A stretch of 64,000 nucleotides of DNA from Candidatus Limnocylindria bacterium (GTDB lineage Bacteria; Chloroflexota; Limnocylindria; QHBO01), in contig JBOGTC010000013.1 of NCBI GenBank assembly GCA_050692055.1, forward strand, positions 2,202 through 66,201. The letters run 5' to 3'. Position 1 is the first letter of the stretch; each line of letters opens with the position of its first letter. Below, piece after piece: positions 26,316 to 35,077 of this stretch. Both the position numbers and the translations under genes were made by a program. The notes beneath the pieces were generated by a model. It made no database searches, was not told where the DNA came from, and saw nothing but the letters and a program-made list of their open reading frames with translations.

Positions 26316-28394
26316 TCACGTTCCGCCCTGGGTCACCACCAGCTGCGGCGGCTGGCTGCCCTCGCTGCTGCTGTACCACGTTGCGGGCTTGGCGGTCCCG
26401 ACCAGGACGAAGCTGTAGGTGCCGTCGGCGCCGATGCTGCTGGTCACGTCGAGCTCGACCCAGATCCCGCCGGTCGTGGCGCCGGCGCTGTCGAGCACGG
26501 CCCCGCTGCTGCCCGGGCGCGTGTTCCAGGTGATGGTGGCCTCATCCCAGTCGTTGCTGGCCGCGGCATAGAGGTCACCGCCGCCGGGGCTGGCCTGGAC
26601 CACGAACAGGCGCAGCGTGGCGCTGCTGACCGTGTCGGTCAGTCCGGCGACGCTGAACTTGAGGTAGGAGTCGGAGTTGTTGTCCGGATTGCCATCGCTG
26701 AAGGCGCGCAGGATGGTGTCGTTGCCGTAGTTGGCGTTGGGCGCGGGGCCGCGCACGGTGGCGTCGTCGGTGGGGGTGAAGATCAGCGGCTCGCCGCCAC
26801 CACTGCCGTCGGTGACGGTGATGGTGACGGTGGCGATGTTGCTGTCGTCGGTCCCGTCGTTGGCGGTGTAGGTGAAGGCGTAGTCGCCGCTGAAGCCCGG
26901 CTCGGGGGTGTAGCTGAAGGAGCCATCGGCGTTGAGCGTCACGTCGTCGCCCGGATCGCTGACCTCGGTCGCGGTCAGCGGGTCGCCGTCGGCGTCGGTG
27001 TCGTTGGCCAGCACGCCGGGAGCGGCCACGTTGAGGGTCGTGTCCTGCGGGGTGCTGTAGCTGTCGTCGGCCGCCACCGGCGCGCTGTTGGGCGGCGGCT
27101 CGCCACCTGGATCCTCCACGCCGTTGCAGCCGGCAGTCGTCAGCGCGTTGTGGTGGTGCCAGTAGCGCTCTGCACTGCCGGCCGCCATGACCACCAGCCC
27201 CGTCGTGCTGTTGACGTTCTGCTTGGCGGAGGTGGCGTTGTTCATGGTGTGGGACGCATCGCGCAGGACCGGCTCACCCAGCCCGGCGGGGAAGCTCATG
27301 CCGTTGCGCGCGGCGTCCATGTTGGTGGTCTTGCAGTAGATGGTCTGCCCCACGCTGTTCGACGTCGGCGAGGTGGCGAACAGGTGGACCAGCCGGTTCG
27401 TCGTGTCGAGCATGACGATGGGCCGGGTGTGATCGTCCTGCTCGGTCCCGAACACCGCGGCATCCCACCAGCCCTCGCTGCGGTCGTAGCGCAGCAGGAC
27501 GACGAGCGGGTCCGGGTTGTTGGAGCGGCTGGTCTTGATGGCGGCGAAGACGCGGTCGCTGTTGGGATCGGCCTGCAGCGACTTGAGGTTGATGTGGTCA
27601 TCGGCGTCACCGCCGGCGCTGCCGTAGGCGACGCTGGCCACCTCCCAGGTCGTGTCGGCGCCGGCATCGAGATGCACGGAGAAGTACATCCGGCTGTCGG
27701 GCTGGTGGCTCCACATGACGCCGATCTTGTTGCCGTCGAAGGCGACGACCGAGGCGATGTCGTCGCTGTTGAGGCCGGTCGCGCCGGTGACCGGCAGCGT
27801 GAACTCGGCGCCCCAGGTCGCATCGTCGGTGGTCGAGCGATTGACCTTGACCTCGCCGCCGGCCTCCCAGGCCGCCCACAGCTGTCCGGTCGAGTCACGG
27901 TCGATGGTCAGCGTCTCGGGGTTGGTACCGGTGATCTGGGCCAGGTGGTTCGCCGTCCCGGCGCCGGCGTCGTTGGTGTAGGTGTCGGTGTCGGCGTTGT
28001 AGCTGAAGCGGAACAGGCGGCCGCCGCCGCTGCCACGGGAGGCCACGTACAGCTTGCCCGTGGCCTGGTGCCAGAGCGTGTCGGCCCGCGAGCCCGCTCG
28101 GGTGTCGATCGGCACGCCGGTGTCGGTCCACTGCTGGGTCGTCGCATTGAGACGATGGATGCGGTGCGCTGCGCCGGCAGGGCTGTACATGACCGCCCAC
28201 CAGTGCCCGTCGTTCCACCACAGCTTGCTCTCCGGCTTCTCGCCGGTCGCGGCGCCGCCAACGCCGGTATTGGAAGGACCCTCCCAGCCGAAGTCGCCGG
28301 TGTCCGCCGCGACGGCGGCGGGCAGCATGTTGAGCGCGACGACCAGCGCCAGGACAAAGACCGGCCGGCACCGCCGGAACAGCGAAGGGCACAT
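26316..28394 (-). CDS. Secreted protein P4: BNR/sialidase-like N-terminal domain, cadherin-like/Ig-like domain, DNRLRE (CBM96-like) C-terminal domain
   Basis: ATG at 28394 gives the signal-like MCPSLFRRCRPVFVLALVVALNMLPAAVAA. Family motif ATGEKPESKLWWNDGHWWA...HRIHRL...LYVAS...DDIASVVAFDGNKIGVMWSHQ. Cadherin-like APVAADDSYST...VLANDTDADGDPL...FTYTANDG. DNRLRE-like YGNDTILRAF...SYLKFSVAGL...ATLRLFVV...WDEATITWNTRP. Confidence 0.8.
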   Translation of the reverse strand: MCPSLFRRCRPVFVLALVVALNMLPAAVAADTGDFGWEGPSNTGVGGAATGEKPESKLWWNDGHWWAVMYSPAGAAHRIHRLNATTQQWTDTGVPIDTRAGSRADTLWHQATGKLYVASRGSGGGRLFRFSYNADTDTYTNDAGAGTANHLAQITGTNPETLTIDRDSTGQLWAAWEAGGEVKVNRSTTDDATWGAEFTLPVTGATGLNSDDIASVVAFDGNKIGVMWSHQPDSRMYFSVHLDAGADTTWEVASVAYGSAGGDADDHINLKSLQADPNSDRVFAAIKTSRSNNPDPLVVLLRYDRSEGWWDAAVFGTEQDDHTRPIVMLDTTNRLVHLFATSPTSNSVGQTIYCKTTNMDAARNGMSFPAGLGEPVLRDASHTMNNATSAKQNVNSTTGLVVMAAGSAERYWHHHNALTTAGCNGVEDPGGEPPPNSAPVAADDSYSTPQDTTLNVAAPGVLANDTDADGDPLTATEVSDPGDDVTLNADGSFSYTPEPGFSGDYAFTYTANDGTDDSNIATVTITVTDGSGGGEPLIFTPTDDATVRGPAPNANYGNDTILRAFSDGNPDNNSDSYLKFSVAGLTDTVSSATLRLFVVQASPGGGDLYAAASNDWDEATITWNTRPGSSGAVLDSAGATTGGIWVELDVTSSIGADGTYSFVLVGTAKPATWYSSSEGSQPPQLVVTQGGT

Positions 28395-28597
28395 TGGCGG
28401 ACATTCTCCCCTATCCTGTCTACCGAGCAAGCGGCGCCGCCCGTCAGCTGCCCGGCGATGCGTCGTGGACGCGACGCTGAGGCCCATTGTACTCGGGCGG
28501 GTCGCGGTGGCGAGGGGTGGACTACCGCGCGAGCAAGGAGCATCGGCGTGCAATGTGAACGACGGCTGAACCGATTGATGCCTTCCCAATCGCCGGC

Positions 28598-30157
28598 ATG
28601 AATCGGTCCGTCGAATCCGAGGAGTCGGCGACCCAACGCCCCAGGCCGGAGGCCAGAACGACCAGGCGGCAGATTCGCGGATCGAGCCTTCTGCTGATCG
28701 GGCGCGGCCTCTCAATGGCGGTCAATTTCGGCGTCCAGATCCTGATCGTCCGCTACTTCTCGAAGCCGGAGTTCGGCGCCTACGCCTACGCCCTCTCCGT
28801 GGTCAATGTGGCTTACACGTTCGTGACCTTCGGTCTGGACCGCGCGGTGACGCGTTTCGTGCCGATCTACGAGGAGCAGGGAGCCTACGCCAAGCTCTTC
28901 GGCACGCTCGCCCTCGCATTCGGCGCGGTCCTCTCGCTGGGAACCCTGGCGCTCATCGCCATCTATGGGCTGCGGGGCTGGATCGAGGATGCCCTCATCG
29001 GCGACCCGCTCGTCCTCAGCGTCCTGGTCGTCCTGATCCTGATGGCGCCCATACGGGCGCTGGGCGACGTCTTCCTGGGGTTGATGGCCGTCTTCGCCAG
29101 CCCGCGCGCGATCTTCTTCCGACGTCACATCCTTCCACCGCTGCTGCGGGCGGTCCTGGTGGGCGTGCTGATTGCCGGCCAGTTCGACGTCGTCTTCTTT
29201 GCCGCCGGTACCGTCGTCACGTCCATCATCGGCTCGCTGGCGTATGTCGTCGTCCTGGCCAACGTGATGCGACGGCGCGGTCTCTTCGGCCGCTTTGATC
29301 GAGCCAGCTTACGGATTCCGTTTCGCGAGGTGCTCGGCTTCACGGTTCCGCTGCTGACGAGCGACCTCGTGTTCGTCGTCATGCACGCCTCGGACGCGTT
29401 GCTGCTCGGGTATTTTCACAATGCGCAGGCGGTGGCCGAGTTCCGGGTTGTGCAGCCGGCCGCCGACCTCAACGTCCTGGTGATGGGCAGCTTCACGCTT
29501 CTCTTCACGCCAATGGCCGCGCGCCTCTTCGCTCGACACGATCACGCTGGGATCCATGAGCTGTACTGGCGTACTGCAGCGTGGATGGCCATCCTGTCCC
29601 TTCCGATCTTTCTGCTGACCTTCTCACTTGCTGGCGATGTTGTCGTGGCTCTGTACGGGGATCCGTATCAGGCGTCGGGTGTGTACCTCACGCTGCTGGC
29701 GCTGGGCTACTACTTCAATGCCGCGCTGGGGTTCAACGGCCTGACGCTCAAGGTCTTCGGAAAAGTACGCTACGTCGTCATCATCAACCTGGCGGTGGCG
29801 GTCCTCAACGTGGCGCTCAACCTTCTCCTGATTCCGTCGTTCGGGGCGCTCGGAGCAGCCATCGGCACCCTGATCGCCATGGTGGTCCACAATTTCCTCA
29901 AGCAGGCCGGGCTTCAGCTCGTTGCCGGACTGTCCATCTTCGACCCCGAGTATGCACGCCTGTATGCGCTCATCGCCCTCAGCTCGGTTGGGCTACTCGC
30001 GATCCAGCTGCTGCTCCACCCACCCCTCTACATCGGCTTCGTGCTCGCGGCTGGCATATCGCTGGCCGTCACCGTGCTGAACCGGAAGCTGCTCGACGTG
30101 CCGCGGACATTCCCCGAGCTGCTTCGCATCCCGCTGGTGCGCAGGATCTTCGGCTGA
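28598..30157 (+). CDS. Polysaccharide flippase (Wzx, MOP/PST superfamily)
   Basis: About 12-14 hydrophobic segments. The N-terminus GSSLLLIGRGLSMAVNFGVQILIVRYFSKPEFGAYA is typical of PST flippases. Confidence 0.8.
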   Translation: MNRSVESEESATQRPRPEARTTRRQIRGSSLLLIGRGLSMAVNFGVQILIVRYFSKPEFGAYAYALSVVNVAYTFVTFGLDRAVTRFVPIYEEQGAYAKLFGTLALAFGAVLSLGTLALIAIYGLRGWIEDALIGDPLVLSVLVVLILMAPIRALGDVFLGLMAVFASPRAIFFRRHILPPLLRAVLVGVLIAGQFDVVFFAAGTVVTSIIGSLAYVVVLANVMRRRGLFGRFDRASLRIPFREVLGFTVPLLTSDLVFVVMHASDALLLGYFHNAQAVAEFRVVQPAADLNVLVMGSFTLLFTPMAARLFARHDHAGIHELYWRTAAWMAILSLPIFLLTFSLAGDVVVALYGDPYQASGVYLTLLALGYYFNAALGFNGLTLKVFGKVRYVVIINLAVAVLNVALNLLLIPSFGALGAAIGTLIAMVVHNFLKQAGLQLVAGLSIFDPEYARLYALIALSSVGLLAIQLLLHPPLYIGFVLAAGISLAVTVLNRKLLDVPRTFPELLRIPLVRRIFG

Positions 30158-30159
30158 TC

Positions 30160-31353
30160 ATGCGCATCCTGTACATCACGGACGCCTTTCCGTGGCCGCT
30201 CACCAGCGGCCACCTTCGGCACTATCACCTGATCAGGGGCTTGTCCCGGCGTCACTCGGTGAGCCTGCTGTCCATTGTTGGCGCTGACTTCGATCACCGT
30301 CGCAGCGATGCGCTGCGACCCTTCGCCGAGCGCATCCATACGTTCCCGACGACGGGACGCCGGCCGCCGACCCAGCTGCGCTCCGCCCTGCCATCTCGTG
30401 CCGTGGCGGCCGCGGAGCAGCTGGCACGCGAGGCGCTGGAGCTCACCAAGGACGGCGGCTTCGACGTCTGCCTCCTGACCGGCAGGCGCGCCTACCCGGC
30501 GCTCTCACGCCTGGCGGACATCCCGTTGGTGGCGGACGTGTGCGACGCAACCTCGAGCCGGATGCGCGGCGCGCTGAGCCACGCCGGCGGCTCCAGCAGG
30601 CCGCTGCTCTATCTGCGGTACCTCTGGGCAAGGCATGCCGAGCGTCAGGTGATCGCACGGGCAGAGCATCTCGTCTTCGCATCGCCGCGGGACCGCGATG
30701 CGCTGGTCGATCGCAGGACGCGAGGCCACGCCGCGATCGTGCCGAACGGAGTCGACGACGACTATTGGCGTCGGAGCACGACGCGGCTGGGCAGTCACGA
30801 GGTCGTCTTCACGGGCGCGATGAGCTACCCACCGAATGCGGATGCGGCCGTCTACCTGATCCGCGAGATCATGCCCCGGGTTCAACGAGAGGTGCCCGAG
30901 GCGAGCCTGTCGATCGTTGGCCGCGATCCGACACCCGAGCTGGTGGCTGCCGGCAGCCGCCATGGTGCCACCGTGACCGGCTACGTCGACGACATGCGCC
31001 CTCACCTGGAGCGCGCGGCCGTCTTCGCGGCGCCGCTGCGCTTCGGTTCAGGAATCCAGAACAAGCTCCTCGAGGCGATGGCGATGGAGGTGCCGGTGGT
31101 GGCATCACCGCTGGCGGGCGAAGGGCTCACGACCGAGGACGGGGCGTTGCCACCCATCGGCCTGGCCGAGGATGCCGGAGAGTTCGCCCGGCAGCTCGTG
31201 ACCCATCTGCGCAGCGATCAGCCCGAACCGAGCCGGCTCGGGCGCGCGTTCGTGCAGCAGCACTTCAGCTGGCCCAGCAGCGTCGAGCGGCTCGAAGCTG
31301 TTCTCAACCGCGCCGGAGCACCAACCGAGCAGCGTTCCAGCAGTCAGCGATGA
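30160..31353 (+). CDS. Glycosyltransferase family 4 (stp1-like)
   Basis: ATG at 30160. Has MRILYITDAFPWPLTSGHLRHYHLIRGL... and SGIQNKLLEAMAMEVPVVASPLAGEGL. Confidence 0.85.
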   Translation: MRILYITDAFPWPLTSGHLRHYHLIRGLSRRHSVSLLSIVGADFDHRRSDALRPFAERIHTFPTTGRRPPTQLRSALPSRAVAAAEQLAREALELTKDGGFDVCLLTGRRAYPALSRLADIPLVADVCDATSSRMRGALSHAGGSSRPLLYLRYLWARHAERQVIARAEHLVFASPRDRDALVDRRTRGHAAIVPNGVDDDYWRRSTTRLGSHEVVFTGAMSYPPNADAAVYLIREIMPRVQREVPEASLSIVGRDPTPELVAAGSRHGATVTGYVDDMRPHLERAAVFAAPLRFGSGIQNKLLEAMAMEVPVVASPLAGEGLTTEDGALPPIGLAEDAGEFARQLVTHLRSDQPEPSRLGRAFVQQHFSWPSSVERLEAVLNRAGAPTEQRSSSQR

Positions 31354-32488
31354 AGGGCACCGGATCGGCCCACGAGAAGACAGCGTCCACCTTGCGGCCG
31401 CGGATGGATCGCCACCAGCCACGGAGACTGAGCTCGCCGCGGCGCCAATGGTGCAGCGCGGCCTGGAGGTCGTGGCGCAGGTAGATCCACTTCACGGTTC
31501 CGTAGCGCTGTTTGAGACGATCCGGCAGTGGCCGCCCCGTGGCATCGCAGTACGCCGCGTACAGCAGCTCCACGCCGCCCGCCTCGGCGATGGCGGACCT
31601 GCCGGTGGGCCGGCCGACGTTGGGCTCGACGATGAAGTGCTCGCCGGTGCGAGCGTCGCGCTTCATCTCCACGTAGCCCAGCCCGCGATAGTGGCACGCG
31701 CGAAAGAGCCGAATCGTCTCGCGCAGCACGACGTCGTTGCGCACCTCCTCGCCCAGACAGCTCGTCCCCGTTTCGGGCGGCCACTGGCGAATCTTGCGTG
31801 CCACGAACGTGACGATGGGCTCCGAACGCGCGTCGAAGTAGCAGTTGCAGGAGTAGAGCTGCTCCTCCCCGCCGGCGATCCACTGCTGAGCCAGCAGGAC
31901 GTCAGTCCAGGCCGAGCAGCGGTCGTAGACCGAGAGCATCTCGGCGGCGTCGTGCACCTTGAAGGCCTTCGCTTTCGTTGCCGCCTGCCAGGCCGGCGTC
32001 TTGAGGGCAGGTTTCATGACGCCCGGGTACCGCATCTCGGCGGCGGCGGCCTCGGCATCCTGCCGGCCGCGCAGTACGAACGTCGCAGGAATGGGCAGTC
32101 CCTGCTGCTGCGCATAGGCCACGAAGCGCACCTTGTCCATCAGCACCTCGACCACCTCGGCATCGGGCAGCAGCACGTGATACCAGTCCGACAGCCGTTC
32201 CCGGCCGCGCGAGATGGTGAGCACGCTGAGATCCGTGCATGGAAAGAGAACGGCTCGCTCGCCGAGGCGTGGCCCGAGACGCTCGAGGGCGCGCAGCAAG
32301 CCCTCGCCCGAGGTTTCCGCCGCGATGATCTCCTCGCATGCCCGCGTTCGCGCGCAGAAGTGGTCGCGCCTGGCGGCGATGCCGACCACCGGGACCTTCC
32401 TGCGGGCCAGGATGCGGGCAGTCTGCAGGCCGGTGATGCAGTCGAGGCCGACGACGACCGCCGCCGGCCGCCCGCGCGTGGCGATCAC
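31304..32488 (-). CDS. ATP-grasp carboxylate-amine/thiol ligase-like protein (COG3919-type)
   Basis: Has AAVVVGLDCITGLQTARILARRKVPVVG, KVRFVAYAQQQGLPIPATF, YPGVMKP, LLAQQWIAGGEEQLYSCNCYF, and YRGLGYVEMKRDARTGEHFIVEPNVGRPTG. GTG at 32488 is preferred. The ORF extends to an ATG at 32569, which would overlap the upstream gene by 62 nt. Confidence 0.7.
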   Translation of the reverse strand: MIATRGRPAAVVVGLDCITGLQTARILARRKVPVVGIAARRDHFCARTRACEEIIAAETSGEGLLRALERLGPRLGERAVLFPCTDLSVLTISRGRERLSDWYHVLLPDAEVVEVLMDKVRFVAYAQQQGLPIPATFVLRGRQDAEAAAAEMRYPGVMKPALKTPAWQAATKAKAFKVHDAAEMLSVYDRCSAWTDVLLAQQWIAGGEEQLYSCNCYFDARSEPIVTFVARKIRQWPPETGTSCLGEEVRNDVVLRETIRLFRACHYRGLGYVEMKRDARTGEHFIVEPNVGRPTGRSAIAEAGGVELLYAAYCDATGRPLPDRLKQRYGTVKWIYLRHDLQAALHHWRRGELSLRGWWRSIRGRKVDAVFSWADPVPFIADCWNAARLVLRRG

Positions 32489-32507
32489 AGGCTGTCGAGT
32501 CGCGACG

Positions 32508-33407
32508 CTAGCGCGTCGTCGCGATCTCGTCCTCGAGGGAGATCGCCTCTGACGTGCCAACCAGATCAAAGACGTGGTTCACCGAGGCGATCGAGCCATC
32601 CACCGAGGCCGCCGTCCGTTCCCGGGCGAGCGTTGCCAGCGTCTCTTCGATCGCCTGGATGGCGGCGCGCATCGGCTGATTGGCGAGGATGACCATCTGG
32701 AAGCCCTTCTCTCGCAGCTGCTCGGCACTGAACGACGGGAAGAGCGTCGGCACGGCGACGAGGGGAGTCTTCCCGAGGCCGCCCCATTGCCCAAGGAAGC
32801 CCTCGATCTCCCCCAACGTCTTGTCGCGGGAATGGATGAGGATCGCATCGGCACCGGCATTGACATAGGCATCGGCACGCTGGCACGCGTCCTCGATGCC
32901 GTGGCCGGCGATGAGCGACTCGATGCGGGCGATGAACACGAAGTCGTCGCTCTGCTGGGCAGACTTCGCGGCTCGGATGCGGCGAGCCTGCTCCTCGACC
33001 GGGATCAGCTCACGCTTGGACTCTCCCAGGTACAGGCTGTTGCGCTTGGGGAAGAGATTGTCCTCGACGCAGATGGCCGCGATGCCGGCTCGCTCATACT
33101 CGCGGACCGTGCGGACGACGTTGGAGAATCCGCCGAACCCGTTGTCGCAGTCGGCCACCACCGGCAGATCGGTCGCGGCGTCCATGCGGACGGCAGCCTC
33201 GAGCGCCTCGCTCATGGTGATCAGGTTCAGATCCGGCATCGCGTAGGTCATGGTCGAGACGGCCAGGCCGCTCACCCACACAGCGTCGAAGCCATTAGCC
33301 TCGATCAGCTTCGCGGTCAGGGCGTCATGCGCCCCAACAGCCAGGACCGGCCTCGGTCCCTGCAGCCCGTTGCGCAGCGCCTGCCTCTTGGCGTCAGCCT
33401 TCGTCAC
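32508..33407 (-). CDS. PEP mutase-like enzyme of the isocitrate lyase/PEP mutase superfamily (motif EDN-x5-NS)
   Basis: Has AVGAHDALTAKLIEANGFDAVWVSG, VVADCDNGFGG (metal-binding Asp pair) and CVEDNLFPKRNSL. It lacks the KRCGH motif of methylisocitrate/isocitrate lyases. Confidence 0.65.
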   Translation of the reverse strand: MTKADAKRQALRNGLQGPRPVLAVGAHDALTAKLIEANGFDAVWVSGLAVSTMTYAMPDLNLITMSEALEAAVRMDAATDLPVVADCDNGFGGFSNVVRTVREYERAGIAAICVEDNLFPKRNSLYLGESKRELIPVEEQARRIRAAKSAQQSDDFVFIARIESLIAGHGIEDACQRADAYVNAGADAILIHSRDKTLGEIEGFLGQWGGLGKTPLVAVPTLFPSFSAEQLREKGFQMVILANQPMRAAIQAIEETLATLARERTAASVDGSIASVNHVFDLVGTSEAISLEDEIATTR

Positions 33408-34348
33408 TTGGCGATCCCCTCTTTCTCATTGCCTTCGAGCGCTCGGATGATGCGGACGATCTCTCGACCGATCTCGCGTTGCGAATCGATGGTGGTGGCC
33501 CCGATGTGCGGGGTCAGGATGACATTCGGCAGCGCGGCGAGCGGCGAGATCTTGCCCTCGCCCTCCTGCTCGTGCACGTCCAGGCCGGCACCGGCGAGAC
33601 GCCCCTCGGTCGTCAGCTCCCGATGAAGGGCCTCCTCGTCGACGACTCCCCCACGTGCCATGTTGACCAGGAAGGCGCCCGGCTTCATGGTGGCCAACGC
33701 TGCGGCGTCGATCAGCCGATGGCTGGACTCCTTGAGCGGCACGTGGACGCTGACGAAGTCGGCCTCCCTCAGCACGGCCGCGCAGTCCATCAGCTCGATG
33801 CCGGCGTCGGCCAGCTCCTGGGCTCGCGTCGAGCTCGGCGACTCCACGCAGCCGATGACACGCATGCCCCAGGCGGCTCCCAGGCGCGCGACCTGTCCAC
33901 CGATGTTGCCGACGCCGATGACGCCCAGGGTTTTTCCGACGAGGAGGTGGCCGATCACCTCTCCCTTGGCCCAGTGGCCCTGGCGCAGCAGGCGGTCTGC
34001 AAGCATGATCTGGCGCGCCAGCGCCAGCATCAGCCCGAAGCTGAGCTCCGCGACCGCCTGCGCTCCAGGGCCGGGAATGCGCTCCAGGCTGATGCCGCGT
34101 CGCCGAACCTCCTCGAGATCGAGGTTGTCCAGGCCGGACCCGGCCCGGATGATCGTCCTGAGCTGCGGTGCGCACCCCAGCACCGCCGCGCTGACGCGGA
34201 CGCCACTGCGAAAGACGAGGACCTGCCGATCACCGATGAGCGACTTGATGCGGTCCTCATCCGCGTTCAGGGCGAACACGACGTCGTGGCGCGAGCTCAG
34301 GTACTCGACCGCCCTGTCGTCGATCGAGCTGGCAACGAGGATCCTCAT
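33404..34348 (-). CDS. D-isomer-specific 2-hydroxyacid dehydrogenase (3-phosphoglycerate dehydrogenase-like)
   Basis: Has GSGLDNLDLEEVRRRGI, GKTLGVIGVGNIGGQVARL (NAD fold), VSVHVPL, LVNMARGGVVDE and TPHIGATT. It has 4-nt overlaps with both neighbours. Confidence 0.85.
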   Translation of the reverse strand: MRILVASSIDDRAVEYLSSRHDVVFALNADEDRIKSLIGDRQVLVFRSGVRVSAAVLGCAPQLRTIIRAGSGLDNLDLEEVRRRGISLERIPGPGAQAVAELSFGLMLALARQIMLADRLLRQGHWAKGEVIGHLLVGKTLGVIGVGNIGGQVARLGAAWGMRVIGCVESPSSTRAQELADAGIELMDCAAVLREADFVSVHVPLKESSHRLIDAAALATMKPGAFLVNMARGGVVDEEALHRELTTEGRLAGAGLDVHEQEGEGKISPLAALPNVILTPHIGATTIDSQREIGREIVRIIRALEGNEKEGIAK

Positions 34349-35067
34349 CGCTGTCTCGCCGAAGCGGCGACGGCTCGGCGGCCGCGACGACGCTGTTGGT
34401 GGAACCGCCGCACGAGCCGGGCAACGTCCCCCACCACCGCATCGAGCGGCCGATCAACGTCGACCAACGCAAAGGCAGGGGCCAGCCCGGCCGTTTCGAG
34501 ATACTCGCTCCGCCGGCGCTCGAGCGACTCGAGCGTTCCTTCGCCCTTCCGCGCGAGAAGGACCGCGGCGGGGGCATCCAGGTAGATCACCAGGTCCGGC
34601 CTCGGATACACGCGCCGCAGCAGAAGACCGTGCAGGCGATTGGCAAGAGGGCGTCCTCTCCCTGAGTTGATCACGTCGTAGGCATGGTAATCGGCGAGGA
34701 AGTGCCGATCGAAGATGACGATCTTCCCGCGCCGGCGATGGTAGGACGCCAGGGCCTGCCGGAACCATTCCTCCCCGATCCAGTTGGCCATCCGCAGCGC
34801 GGCCTTCAGCTCCCGCCGGGCGCGCGACATGGGGCCGGCCGCACCGGGATCTCGCTCCGTGTCGGAGGCGGCCACCATGTCTGATCGGCCTCCTCGCGCG
34901 CGCTTCAGGGCCAGGACCAGGCGAGTGGTAGGCAGCATCACCCCACTGGATTCAAGGTTGACGCCCATGTACAGATACTTGGCTGGAAGACCGAGCTTGC
35001 GCTCGAGCAGCCGGGCGACTGTGGTCTTGCCCGCCCCGTCGGGCCCGATGAGCGCCACCGTGAACAT
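34345..35067 (-). CDS. P-loop NTPase / small-molecule-kinase-like protein (thymidylate-kinase-fold-like)
   Basis: Walker A ALIGPDGAGKTT. IVIFDRHFLADY is Walker-B-like. PDLVIYLDAPAAVLLAR is lid-like. Paralog of 50192-51118. Confidence 0.6.
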   Translation of the reverse strand: MFTVALIGPDGAGKTTVARLLERKLGLPAKYLYMGVNLESSGVMLPTTRLVLALKRARGGRSDMVAASDTERDPGAAGPMSRARRELKAALRMANWIGEEWFRQALASYHRRRGKIVIFDRHFLADYHAYDVINSGRGRPLANRLHGLLLRRVYPRPDLVIYLDAPAAVLLARKGEGTLESLERRRSEYLETAGLAPAFALVDVDRPLDAVVGDVARLVRRFHQQRRRGRRAVAASARQR

Positions 35068-35077
35068 CGCGTTCTCC

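Noticed and set aside
32508-33407. Annotating the ICL/PEPM member as methylisocitrate lyase or isocitrate lyase.
   Set aside because: The lyase catalytic motif K(R/K)CGH is absent, and the sequence instead has the mutase-type ...FPKRNS... segment. The operon context (no prpC/prpD) also argues against the methylcitrate cycle.
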